From Sphingopyxis sp. (GTDB lineage: Bacteria > Pseudomonadota > Alphaproteobacteria > Sphingomonadales > Sphingomonadaceae), in assembly GCA_017745175.1 (NCBI GenBank), contig JAGHZY010000016.1, positions 17,105 through 81,104 on the forward strand: DNA of 64,000 nucleotides, given 5' to 3'. Shown here piece by piece: positions 56,364 to 64,000 of this stretch (position 1 is the first letter of the stretch; each line of letters opens with the position of its first letter). A program made the translations under genes and the position numbers. The notes beneath the pieces are model-generated. The model had not been told where the DNA came from, did no database searches, and saw only the letters and a program-made list of their open reading frames with translations.

Positions 56364-57364
56364 AGGATATCCTTGCCGACCTTGTGCAGCGCCTTCATCA
56401 GCTCGTCGGGCAGCACCAGATCCAGTGCGTCGAGGATCGGGTCGACCTGATCATGGGCGCTGACCCCGACGATCGTCGAGGCGACGAAGTCGTGCTGTTT
56501 CGACCAGGCGGTGGCCATCGTCACCGGGTGCAGCCCGGCCTCTTGGGCAATCGCCAGATAGCGTTCGGTCGCGGCGAGGGTCCTGTCGTTGACGAAACGG
56601 CGGCCCATTGCCGCCTGCCGGCCCTCCATCTGGAGGTAGCGCGAGAAACGCGCGCCCTCGGGCATCGCGCCGCCCTGATATTTGCCCGAAAGCACGCCGC
56701 CTGCGAGCGGCGAATAGGCGATCAGGCTGACGCCTTCCTGCCGGCACACTTGCGCGAGTTCGTCCTCGAAGCGGCGGTTGTTGAGGCTGAAATTATTCTG
56801 GATCGTGTGATAGCGCGCGCCGCCAAGCTTCTCCGATGCGGCGAGCGATTTCATCAGCCCCCAGCTCGTTTCGTTCGAACAGCCGAGGATGCGTACCTTG
56901 CCGGCGCGGACAAGCTCGTCGAGCGCGTCCATCATCTCGTCATAGGGCGCGTCATGGTCGGGCCAGTGCGTCTGATAAAGGTCGACATAGTCGGTCTGGA
57001 GGCGCCGCAAGCTGTCGTCGAAGGCCTGCATGATATTCTTGCGGTCGAGCGCGGTCATGCCGTTGCGGCACGGCGACCTGAACCAGACGTGGCTCGGCCC
57101 CGACACCTTGGTCGCGAGGATGATCGCGTCGCGCGGCTTGGTCTTCATCCAGCGGCCGACGATTTCCTCGGTGCGCCCGACCCATTTTGTGTCGGGCGGT
57201 ACCGGATAGCCCTCGGCGGTGTCGTAGAAACTGATCCCGGCGTCGAAGCAGCGGTCGAGCACGCGAAAGGCTTCGGTCTCGTCGGTCTGGCTGCCGAAGG
57301 TCATCGTTCCCATGCAGATGTCGGACACATGGATGGCGCTCTTGCCGAGACGGCGGCTTTGCAT
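56348..57364 (-). CDS. aldo/keto reductase (Tas-like)
   Basis: 338 aa: MQSRRLGKSAIHVSDICMGTMTFG, FYDTAEGYP, DLYQTHWPD. Confidence 0.85.
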   Translation of the reverse strand: MQSRRLGKSAIHVSDICMGTMTFGSQTDETEAFRVLDRCFDAGISFYDTAEGYPVPPDTKWVGRTEEIVGRWMKTKPRDAIILATKVSGPSHVWFRSPCRNGMTALDRKNIMQAFDDSLRRLQTDYVDLYQTHWPDHDAPYDEMMDALDELVRAGKVRILGCSNETSWGLMKSLAASEKLGGARYHTIQNNFSLNNRRFEDELAQVCRQEGVSLIAYSPLAGGVLSGKYQGGAMPEGARFSRYLQMEGRQAAMGRRFVNDRTLAATERYLAIAQEAGLHPVTMATAWSKQHDFVASTIVGVSAHDQVDPILDALDLVLPDELMKALHKVGKDILYPMG

Positions 57365-57427
57365 GGCTCTGTTCTCCGGTCAGGAAGGGGGAGCGCCGTG
57401 CATAGGTTGCGAACCGCTACCTGGCAA

Positions 57428-58018
57428 TCAGATGAGGAGCGCGAGCGACCCCACGAGCAGCGCCGCCATCGTCCAGTTGAACGCCCTGAGCCGCGCCGGG
57501 CTCGACAGCCAGCCGCGCAGCGACACGCCCATCACCGCCCAGAGACTCGTCGAGGGCAGGTTGATGATGCCGAAGATCACCGCGACGAGCAGCACCGCGC
57601 CGAAATTGCGGTCGGGCGCGTAAAGCGCGATCGCCGAGAGCGCCATCGACCAGGCCTTGGGGTTCACCCACTGGAACATCATCGCCTGAAAGAAGGTCAT
57701 CGGCTTGCCCCGCGCGCCGCTTGTCGTATCGGGGGCGGCGGCATTGGCGATCTTCCACGCGAGCCACAGCAGATAGACGACACTCACCACCTTGAGTGCG
57801 ATATTCAGGACCGGAAACAGGTCGAACAGCCCCATAAGACCGACCCCGACGAGGACGATCATCAGCGTGAAGCCGATGCCGACCCCAAGCGCGTGCGGCA
57901 CGGTCCGGCGCAGCCCGAAATTGGCGCCCGACGCCATCAGCATCATATTGTTCGGCCCCGGCGTGATCGACGAGACGAGCGCGAAGGCAGAGAGTGCGGC
58001 GAGAGTGGTCTGGTTCAT
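57428..58018 (-). CDS. LysE family amino-acid exporter
   Basis: ATG at 58018 (MNQTTLAALSAFALVSSITPGPNNMMLMASG), 196 aa with 6 TM. Divergent from an Lrp/AsnC regulator. Confidence 0.8.
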   Translation of the reverse strand: MNQTTLAALSAFALVSSITPGPNNMMLMASGANFGLRRTVPHALGVGIGFTLMIVLVGVGLMGLFDLFPVLNIALKVVSVVYLLWLAWKIANAAAPDTTSGARGKPMTFFQAMMFQWVNPKAWSMALSAIALYAPDRNFGAVLLVAVIFGIINLPSTSLWAVMGVSLRGWLSSPARLRAFNWTMAALLVGSLALLI

Positions 58019-58077
58019 GCGCGCAACATAATGCGTTTCGGTGCGCGACGGATTGCAAAGATACGTAGTCATCGGAT

Positions 58078-58091
58078 AGATTGCGCAATCT
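58078..58091. promoter_or_regulatory. perfect 14-bp palindrome abutting the Lrp/AsnC start codon (candidate autoregulatory operator)
   Basis: AGATTGCGCAATCT is self-complementary and ends 1 nt before the ATG at 58092. Confidence 0.4.
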
Positions 58092-58544
58092 ATGATCAAG
58101 ATCGACGCAATCGGCCGCAAAATATTGCAGGAATTATCGCGCGACGGGCGAATCTCGAACCTCGAACTCGCCGAGCGTGTCGGGCTGTCGCCGTCGGCCT
58201 GCCTGCGCCGGGTGCAGGAGCTGGAACGCAGCGGAGTGATCAAGGGCTATCGCGCGGTGACCGACCCCGCGAAGCTCGGGTTGACGTTCGTCGCCTATGT
58301 GACGATCGGTCTGTCGTCGCACACGAAGAAGTCGCAGAATGATTTCGAAGCCGCGATGGCGCTGGCGCCCGAAGTGCGCGAATGCCACAATATCACCGGC
58401 ACGATCGAATATCTGCTGCGCGTCGAGACGGAGGATCTGGCGTCGTACAAGCATTTTCACACCGAGGTGCTGGGCGTGCTGCCGCAGGTGCATTCGATCA
58501 CCACCTATGTGCTGATGGACTCGCCCAAGGACGAACGGGCATAG
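58092..58544 (+). CDS. Lrp/AsnC family transcriptional regulator
   Basis: 150 aa: [48 protein letters not shown]. Confidence 0.85.
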   Translation: MIKIDAIGRKILQELSRDGRISNLELAERVGLSPSACLRRVQELERSGVIKGYRAVTDPAKLGLTFVAYVTIGLSSHTKKSQNDFEAAMALAPEVRECHNITGTIEYLLRVETEDLASYKHFHTEVLGVLPQVHSITTYVLMDSPKDERA

Positions 58545-58611
58545 TTTTTCTTCGCCATGCCGGCGAAGCGGTGCGGTTGAACCCGATGCACCGCCACCGC
58601 ATATCGGTTGC

Positions 58612-59598
58612 ATGACGAAACTCTCCTTCCTCGACCTCGTGCCCGTCACCGATAGCGGCACGATCGCGCAGTCGCTTGCCAACGCCGCCGATCTTGCCCG
58701 GCATGCCGAGGTGCTCGGTTATGAACGCTACTGGGTCGCCGAGCATCATGGCATGGCGGGGATTGCGAGCGCCGCGACCTCGGTCGTGCTCGCGCATATC
58801 GGGCAGGCGACCTCGACGATTCGTATTGGCGCCGGCGGCATCATGCTGCCGAACCATGCGCCGATGGTGATCGCCGAGCAGTTCGGGACATTGGAAGCCC
58901 TGTTCCCCGGCCGGGTCGATCTCGGCCTTGGCCGGGCGCCGGGATCCGACGGCGTCGTCGCGCGCGCGCTGCGCCGCAACCTTGCGAGCGACGAGCGGCA
59001 GTTCCCGCAGGACGTCGTCGAACTGCAGGCCTTTCTCGCCGGTGACGACCGCCTCGGGATCCGGGCGGTGCCGGGGGAAGGAACGAACGTCCCGCTCTGG
59101 ATCCTCGGGTCGAGCCTGTTCGGCGCGCAGCTCGCGGCGATGCTGGGGCTGCCCTATGCCTTCGCCAGCCATTTCGCACCCGATGCGCTCGACGAGGCGC
59201 TCGACATCTACCGCCGCCAGTTCAAGCCGTCGGCGCAACTGGCCGAACCCTATGCCGCTGCCGCCTTAAACGCCTTCGCCGCCGACACGCGCGAAGAGGC
59301 CGAGCTTCTCGCCTCGTCGCAACAACAGGCTTTCGTCGCGCTGCGCACCGGCAATCCGGGCAAGATGAAGCCGCCGCTTGCCGGGTACAAGGATAGCCTG
59401 CCGCCCAACGCGCGCGCGATCCTCGACCATGTGCTGCAGTGTTCGGCCGTGGGAACCGCCGACGACATCGCGGCGGGTCTCGGGGCCTTTCAGGCCCGCA
59501 CCGGGGTCGACGAGATCATCGTCGCTTCGTCGATGTACGACCATGAGGCGCGCAAACATTCGGTGGCGCTGACGATGGAAGCGGCAAAAGCGCTCTAG
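58612..59598 (+). CDS. LLM-class (luciferase-like) flavin-dependent oxidoreductase
   Basis: 328 aa: [39 protein letters not shown]. Confidence 0.8.
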   Translation: MTKLSFLDLVPVTDSGTIAQSLANAADLARHAEVLGYERYWVAEHHGMAGIASAATSVVLAHIGQATSTIRIGAGGIMLPNHAPMVIAEQFGTLEALFPGRVDLGLGRAPGSDGVVARALRRNLASDERQFPQDVVELQAFLAGDDRLGIRAVPGEGTNVPLWILGSSLFGAQLAAMLGLPYAFASHFAPDALDEALDIYRRQFKPSAQLAEPYAAAALNAFAADTREEAELLASSQQQAFVALRTGNPGKMKPPLAGYKDSLPPNARAILDHVLQCSAVGTADDIAAGLGAFQARTGVDEIIVASSMYDHEARKHSVALTMEAAKAL

Positions 59599-60077
59599 TT
59601 TGATGCGGAGCCCTGATCTTTCTGCCGGCTCTCGCCGGCCTCGCGCCTGATGAAGCTGATCTTGCCCTGCGGCTCGAGGATCGCCCAGGCTACCTGCTCG
59701 ATATGTGCGATGCCCGCCAGGCGCATTTCGGATTCGACTTCAGCGCGGGTCAGGCGATCGCGGCGCAGATTTTCCTCCCGGAGCCGGCCGTCGCGGATGA
59801 CGATCCGGGGATGGCCTTCAAGCGGATCCTTGAGGCGCGGGAACAGGTAGCTCAGCCAGCTGAGCACGACGCCCCAGAAGGCGAAGGTGCAGATCGCCAG
59901 CGTCGCACCCGTCACGCTGAAGTCGTTGTGCGTCACACCCTGCTGGATCAGGTCGCCCATGACGACGAGCACGACGAATTCGAACGGCGTCAGTTGACCC
60001 AGCTCGCGCTTGCCGAGCAGCCGGAGCAGCGCGAAAAGCACGGCGAACATGACGGTGGCGCGCAGCACGATATCCAT
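59595..60077 (-). CDS. DUF421 (YetF-like) membrane protein
   Basis: 160 aa: [26 protein letters not shown], and a C-terminal soluble domain ([28 protein letters not shown]). Confidence 0.75.
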   Translation of the reverse strand: MDIVLRATVMFAVLFALLRLLGKRELGQLTPFEFVVLVVMGDLIQQGVTHNDFSVTGATLAICTFAFWGVVLSWLSYLFPRLKDPLEGHPRIVIRDGRLREENLRRDRLTRAEVESEMRLAGIAHIEQVAWAILEPQGKISFIRREAGESRQKDQGSASN

Positions 60078-60607
60078 CAGGGAAAGACCCTGATCGACAG
60101 CGGAAGCTGCCCGAGGCGCCGGTCGCCATCATAGAGAAGGATGCGGCCCGACGTGCCGGCGAACAGCGGCGGATTGATCTGTCCGTCGATCTTGACGTGC
60201 AGCGTGTCGCCTGCCTTGATCGGGCCGTAGGACCAGCGCAACATTCCCTTCTCGAACCTCTCTCCGGCAGGCGAGGGCAGGGTGGTGTTGATCGTCGTGT
60301 CGCGCCACAGGTCCGGCGTCACCGCGATCACGGCATCCGCGATATCGGTGCGGGCATGGACCTCGATGCGCGTTTCGAAAAACTCGCCGTTGCGTAACGT
60401 TCGCGGCGTGTCGACCGTCAAGGCGGCGTCGCCGAAATCGCGCTTGACCGGCGTCGACGGATGGCCGCCTGCGACGTCGAGCAACGCAAGGACCAGCAAG
60501 GCGCCGAGCACGACCACCGACAAGGGACTCGCGTGGCGGGCGAAGATCCGGCCGCCGTGCAGATTTTCCTCGGCGAGACCATCGGGAAATTTGCCGGCGT
60601 CTTGCAT
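60077..60607 (-). CDS. hypothetical membrane-anchored protein
   Basis: ATG at 60607 (MQDAGKF...). One TM (LSVVVLGALLVLALL). The stop overlaps the DUF421 start (TGATG), which suggests an operon. Confidence 0.45.
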   Translation of the reverse strand: MQDAGKFPDGLAEENLHGGRIFARHASPLSVVVLGALLVLALLDVAGGHPSTPVKRDFGDAALTVDTPRTLRNGEFFETRIEVHARTDIADAVIAVTPDLWRDTTINTTLPSPAGERFEKGMLRWSYGPIKAGDTLHVKIDGQINPPLFAGTSGRILLYDGDRRLGQLPLSIRVFP

Positions 60608-60774
60608 GGATTCTCTTCTCCCGATCATCGCTAGCAACGAAAACGGGCGAAATTGGTTGCCCCGCATCCTCTTCGAAGCGGCTCCGCAAAGAGCAATCGG
60701 TGCCATTGATTTGTCGGGTTGCGGGCCCTATTGCGCGCCTTTCCCGTTTCTGCCTCTTTGGAAAGGTGCCCGAT

Positions 60775-61962
60775 ATGTCGATCACGCCGCTGATGCCCGT
60801 TTACCCCCGGTGCGGTGTGCGTCCGGTGCGCGGCGAGGGCGCGTATCTGATCGGCGAGCGCGGCGAGCGCTATCTCGACTTCGCGAGCGGCATTGCGGTC
60901 AACCTGCTCGGTCACGGCCATCCGCACCTGACGAAGGCGATCCAGGAACAGGCCGCGACGCTGATGCATGTGTCGAACCTCTATGGCAGCCCGCAGGGCG
61001 AGGCTTATGCCGCGCGGCTCGTCGAGAACACATTCGCCGACACGGTGTTCCTCACCAACTCGGGTGCCGAGGCGGTCGAATGTTCGATCAAGACCGCGCG
61101 CGCCTATCATTCGAGCGCGGGCAATGCCGAAAAGCACACGCTGATCACCTTCAACAACGCTTTCCACGGCCGCACGCTCGGCACGATCTCCGCGACCAAC
61201 CAGGAAAAGCTGCGCAAGGGTTTCGACCCGCTGCTGCCCGGTTTCGCCTATGCGCCGTTCGACGACATCAACGCTGCGCTCGACCTCGTCGACGACAATA
61301 CCGCGGGCTTCCTCGTCGAGCCGATCCAGGGCGAGGGCGGTATCCGCCCCGCGTCGCAGCCTTTCCTGCAGGCGCTGCGCGACATTTGCGACAAGCGCGA
61401 CCTGATGCTCGTCTTCGACGAGGTCCAGTGCGGCGTCGCGCGCACCGGTCACCTCTATGCCTATGAACATTATGGCGTGACGCCCGACATCATGGCGAGC
61501 GCCAAGGGCATCGGCGGCGGCTTCCCGATGGGCGCGTGCCTCGCGACCGAAAAGGCGGCGCGCGGCATGGTGATCGGCACCCACGGGTCGACCTATGGCG
61601 GCAACCCGCTGGCATGCGCGGCGGGGCAGGCGGTGCTCGACGTCGTTCTCGAAGACGGTTTCCTCGACCAGGTCAGGGCGACCGGCGAACGCCTGCGCGG
61701 CGCGCTCGAACAGCTCATCCCGAACCACGACCAGCTGTTCGACAGCGTCCGCGGCGTCGGGCTGATGCTTGGGCTCAAGCTCAATTCGGACAGCCGCGCG
61801 TTTGTCGCGCACCTGCGCGACAATCACGGGCTGCTGACCGTCGCGGCGGGCGAGAATGTCGTCCGCGTGCTGCCGCCGCTCAACATCGACGACAGCCATA
61901 TCGCGGAATTCATCGAGAAATTGTCAGCGGGCGCGGCGAGCTACACGCCGCCCGAAGCCTGA
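60775..61962 (+). CDS. argD: acetylornithine/succinyldiaminopimelate aminotransferase (class III)
   Basis: ATG at 60775. [36 protein letters not shown]. Confidence 0.88.
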   Translation: MSITPLMPVYPRCGVRPVRGEGAYLIGERGERYLDFASGIAVNLLGHGHPHLTKAIQEQAATLMHVSNLYGSPQGEAYAARLVENTFADTVFLTNSGAEAVECSIKTARAYHSSAGNAEKHTLITFNNAFHGRTLGTISATNQEKLRKGFDPLLPGFAYAPFDDINAALDLVDDNTAGFLVEPIQGEGGIRPASQPFLQALRDICDKRDLMLVFDEVQCGVARTGHLYAYEHYGVTPDIMASAKGIGGGFPMGACLATEKAARGMVIGTHGSTYGGNPLACAAGQAVLDVVLEDGFLDQVRATGERLRGALEQLIPNHDQLFDSVRGVGLMLGLKLNSDSRAFVAHLRDNHGLLTVAAGENVVRVLPPLNIDDSHIAEFIEKLSAGAASYTPPEA

Positions 61963-62885
61963 TGCCACATTTTCTGAACCTGTCCGACGCGGGCGGGGAT
62001 GCCGTTGCCGCGATGCTTGCCGACGCGATCGATCGCAAGGCAGCGCGTGCCGGCTGGCCGAAGGGCAAGGTCGACGCCGATGCACCGCTCGCGGGTCATG
62101 TGCTTGCGATGGTGTTCGAAAAGAATTCGACGCGCACGCGCGCCTCGTTCGACATCGCGATCCGCCAGCTCGGCGGCTCGGCGATGATCATGGATGCGGG
62201 CGTCACGCAGCTCGGTCGCGGTGAGACGATCGCCGATACCGCGCGCGTCCTGTCGCGTTATGCCGACGCGATCATGATCCGTACCGATGACCATGCGAAG
62301 ATCGAGGAACTCGCCGAATATGCCAGCGTCCCCGTGATCAACGGGCTGACCGACCTGTCGCATCCGTGCCAGATCGTCGCCGACCTGCTGACGGTCGTCG
62401 AGAGCGGCAAGGCGCTGCCCGGGCTTGAACTTGCATGGCTCGGCGATGGCAACAATGTCCTTGCTTCGCTGATCGAGGCAGCCGGTCTGTTCGGCTTTCA
62501 CGTCCGCGCGGGTGTGCCGCAGGGCTATGAACCCGATGCGAGCTTCGTCGAAGCCGCGCGCGCGAAGGGCGTCCGCATCGACATCATGCGCGACGCGCGC
62601 GAGGCGGTGGCGGGCGCCGATCTGGTCGTCACCGACACGTGGGTGTCGATGGGACAGGATCATGCGCATAACAAGGTCGCGGCGATGGCGCCCTATCAGG
62701 TCGACGAGCGGCTGATGACGGGTGCCAGGGATGATGCGATCTTTCTCCATTGCCTGCCCGCGCACCGCGGCGAGGAGGTCGTCGACGCGGTGATCGACGG
62801 TCCGCGGTCGCGCGTGTGGGACGAGGCCGAAAACCGCGTTCATGCGCAGAAATCGATCCTGCTCTGGGCGCTCGGGAAATTGTGA
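61962..62885 (+). CDS. argF: ornithine carbamoyltransferase
   Basis: ATG at 61962 overlaps the argD stop by 1 nt. [26 protein letters not shown]. 307 aa. Confidence 0.9.
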   Translation: MPHFLNLSDAGGDAVAAMLADAIDRKAARAGWPKGKVDADAPLAGHVLAMVFEKNSTRTRASFDIAIRQLGGSAMIMDAGVTQLGRGETIADTARVLSRYADAIMIRTDDHAKIEELAEYASVPVINGLTDLSHPCQIVADLLTVVESGKALPGLELAWLGDGNNVLASLIEAAGLFGFHVRAGVPQGYEPDASFVEAARAKGVRIDIMRDAREAVAGADLVVTDTWVSMGQDHAHNKVAAMAPYQVDERLMTGARDDAIFLHCLPAHRGEEVVDAVIDGPRSRVWDEAENRVHAQKSILLWALGKL

Positions 62886-62895
62886 GTTCGAAGAC

Positions 62896-63819
62896 GTGAG
62901 TGAGATTATCGAAACCTGGTTCGACCAGCCCTTGCTGTTCACCATCGCCGAACGCCATGTGCGCGGGCGGCTGGTGCGGCTCGGGCCGACGCTGCAGACC
63001 ATCATCGGGGCGCATAACTATCCGCCGGTGGCCGAAAAGCTGCTCGCCGAAGCGCTGGTGCTCACCGTCCTGCTCGGCTCGACGCTGAAGGACGAGAATG
63101 GCCAGATGACGCTGCAGGCGCAGACCGGCGGTGGGCCGGTCGAACTGCTCGTCTGCGACTATCGCGGCGGCGAGCTGCGCGGCTATCTGAAGTATGATGC
63201 CGAGCGGCTGGCCGAGGTCGGCGCCGATCCCACCCTGTTCGCCCTGTTCGGCGAAGGCTTCCTTGCGATCACCTTCGACCAGGCGACGACGGCCGAGCGC
63301 TATCAGGGCATCGTCCCGCTCGAAGGCGCGTCGATCGGCGAGGCGGCCGAACATTATTTCGAGCAGTCCGAACAGATACCGAGCCTGATCAGGCTCGCCG
63401 CGCGCCATGACCCCGAGGCCGGCTGCCTTGCCGGCGGATTGCTTTTGCAGCATCTGCCCGAGGGCGAAGTCGGTCGCGACCGGCTGCATGTCCGCCACGA
63501 CAGCCCCGAATGGGAACATGCCAAGACGATCGCCGCGACGTTGAAGGGCGAGGAACTGACCGATCCCGCGACGTCGCTCGAGACGCTGGCGTGGCGCCTG
63601 TTCCACGAGGACGAGGTGCGCGTCGAGCCGGGCGCCCCGGTGTCGCGCGGCTGCCGGTGCAGCACCGGTTATTTTGCGGGCGTGCTGGCGCAATTTCCGG
63701 AGGGCGAGCGCGCCGAAATGGCGGACGATGCGGGCAATATCGTGGTCGACTGTGCCTTTTGCTCGCGCTTCTTTCCGATTCCGCTGGGCGAAATCGCGAC
63801 GCACGACCGCGCGGAATAG
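62896..63819 (+). CDS. hslO: Hsp33 family redox-regulated chaperone
   Basis: GTG at 62896; the exact start is uncertain. The C-terminal zinc centre reads GCRCS ... DCAFCSRFF. Confidence 0.8.
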   Translation: MSEIIETWFDQPLLFTIAERHVRGRLVRLGPTLQTIIGAHNYPPVAEKLLAEALVLTVLLGSTLKDENGQMTLQAQTGGGPVELLVCDYRGGELRGYLKYDAERLAEVGADPTLFALFGEGFLAITFDQATTAERYQGIVPLEGASIGEAAEHYFEQSEQIPSLIRLAARHDPEAGCLAGGLLLQHLPEGEVGRDRLHVRHDSPEWEHAKTIAATLKGEELTDPATSLETLAWRLFHEDEVRVEPGAPVSRGCRCSTGYFAGVLAQFPEGERAEMADDAGNIVVDCAFCSRFFPIPLGEIATHDRAE

Positions 63820-64000
63820 CAAGGCGATTTTCCGTCTTTCGCGCGATGGCGCGGGGCAATCCGGCGCCGAGCGGTTGAAATGTGGCGGGGGCATTGCTAG
63901 CTAACCGGGAACAGGGTCGCAGTACAGCCCGGCAACGGGCGGCCGGCGGATAGGATAAAATGGCGATCTTCTCTCCCTTGCTCCGATGGCCCGTGATGGC

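Noticed and set aside
55514-58342. 942-aa plus-strand ORF
   Set aside because: It spans four independently supported genes on both strands (DUF411, the 189-aa ORF, the aldo/keto reductase and LysE). Its composition is low-complexity Arg/Gly/Ala/His with no domain signature.
63961-64000. ATG-initiated reading frame at the window edge (MAIFSPLLRWPVM...)
   Set aside because: Only 13 codons are visible, with no recognisable motif or clear RBS. It cannot be supported as a gene.

Overview
GC-rich chromosomal segment (about mid-60s % GC by eye), most likely from an alphaproteobacterium. The Sphingomonadales-like placement rests on ccrM, split pntAA/pntAB/pntB, argD-argF-hslO synteny and two families of GC-rich palindromic intergenic repeats. 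I can support about 70 protein-coding genes. I saw no rRNA, tRNA, CRISPR array, transposase, integrase or phage gene. Because of the GC content, the ORF track holds many long antisense or out-of-frame shadow ORFs, which I rejected.

Main content, in order:
- An exopolysaccharide/PEP-CTERM (XrtA-type) control locus: manC-like gene, TIGR03013-type sugar transferase, prsK, prsR, prsT.
- A POT peptide transporter with two amidohydrolases.
- glmM, a thiD-VOC fusion, rnhB, ccrM, folP.
- An orphan, motif-degenerate NtrC-family regulator.
- A fragmented pnt (transhydrogenase) locus.
- A NosD-like beta-helix protein plus a diheme cytochrome c.
- maiA and a TonB-dependent receptor.
- A MarR-PqqD-like-HprK-like kinase-nucleotidyltransferase operon.
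- glmU, then GNAT genes and a VapBC-like toxin-antitoxin pair, then glmS.
- Assorted small or hypothetical genes, then argD-argF-hslO.

Observations most worth follow-up:
1. The PqqD/HPr-kinase-like/nucleotidyltransferase cassette has no visible peptide substrate or RiPP core enzymes.
2. Nine GANTC methylation sites lie in about 190 bp in front of ccrM.
3. One enhancer-binding protein has altered GAFTGA, Walker A and Walker B motifs, while PrsR in the same window has canonical ones.
4. The pnt locus is interrupted by a PH-domain gene and two fasciclin genes, with intrinsic terminators.
5. Two families of intergenic palindromic repeats recur across the window.

All family assignments come from motif recognition by eye. 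No database search was run.
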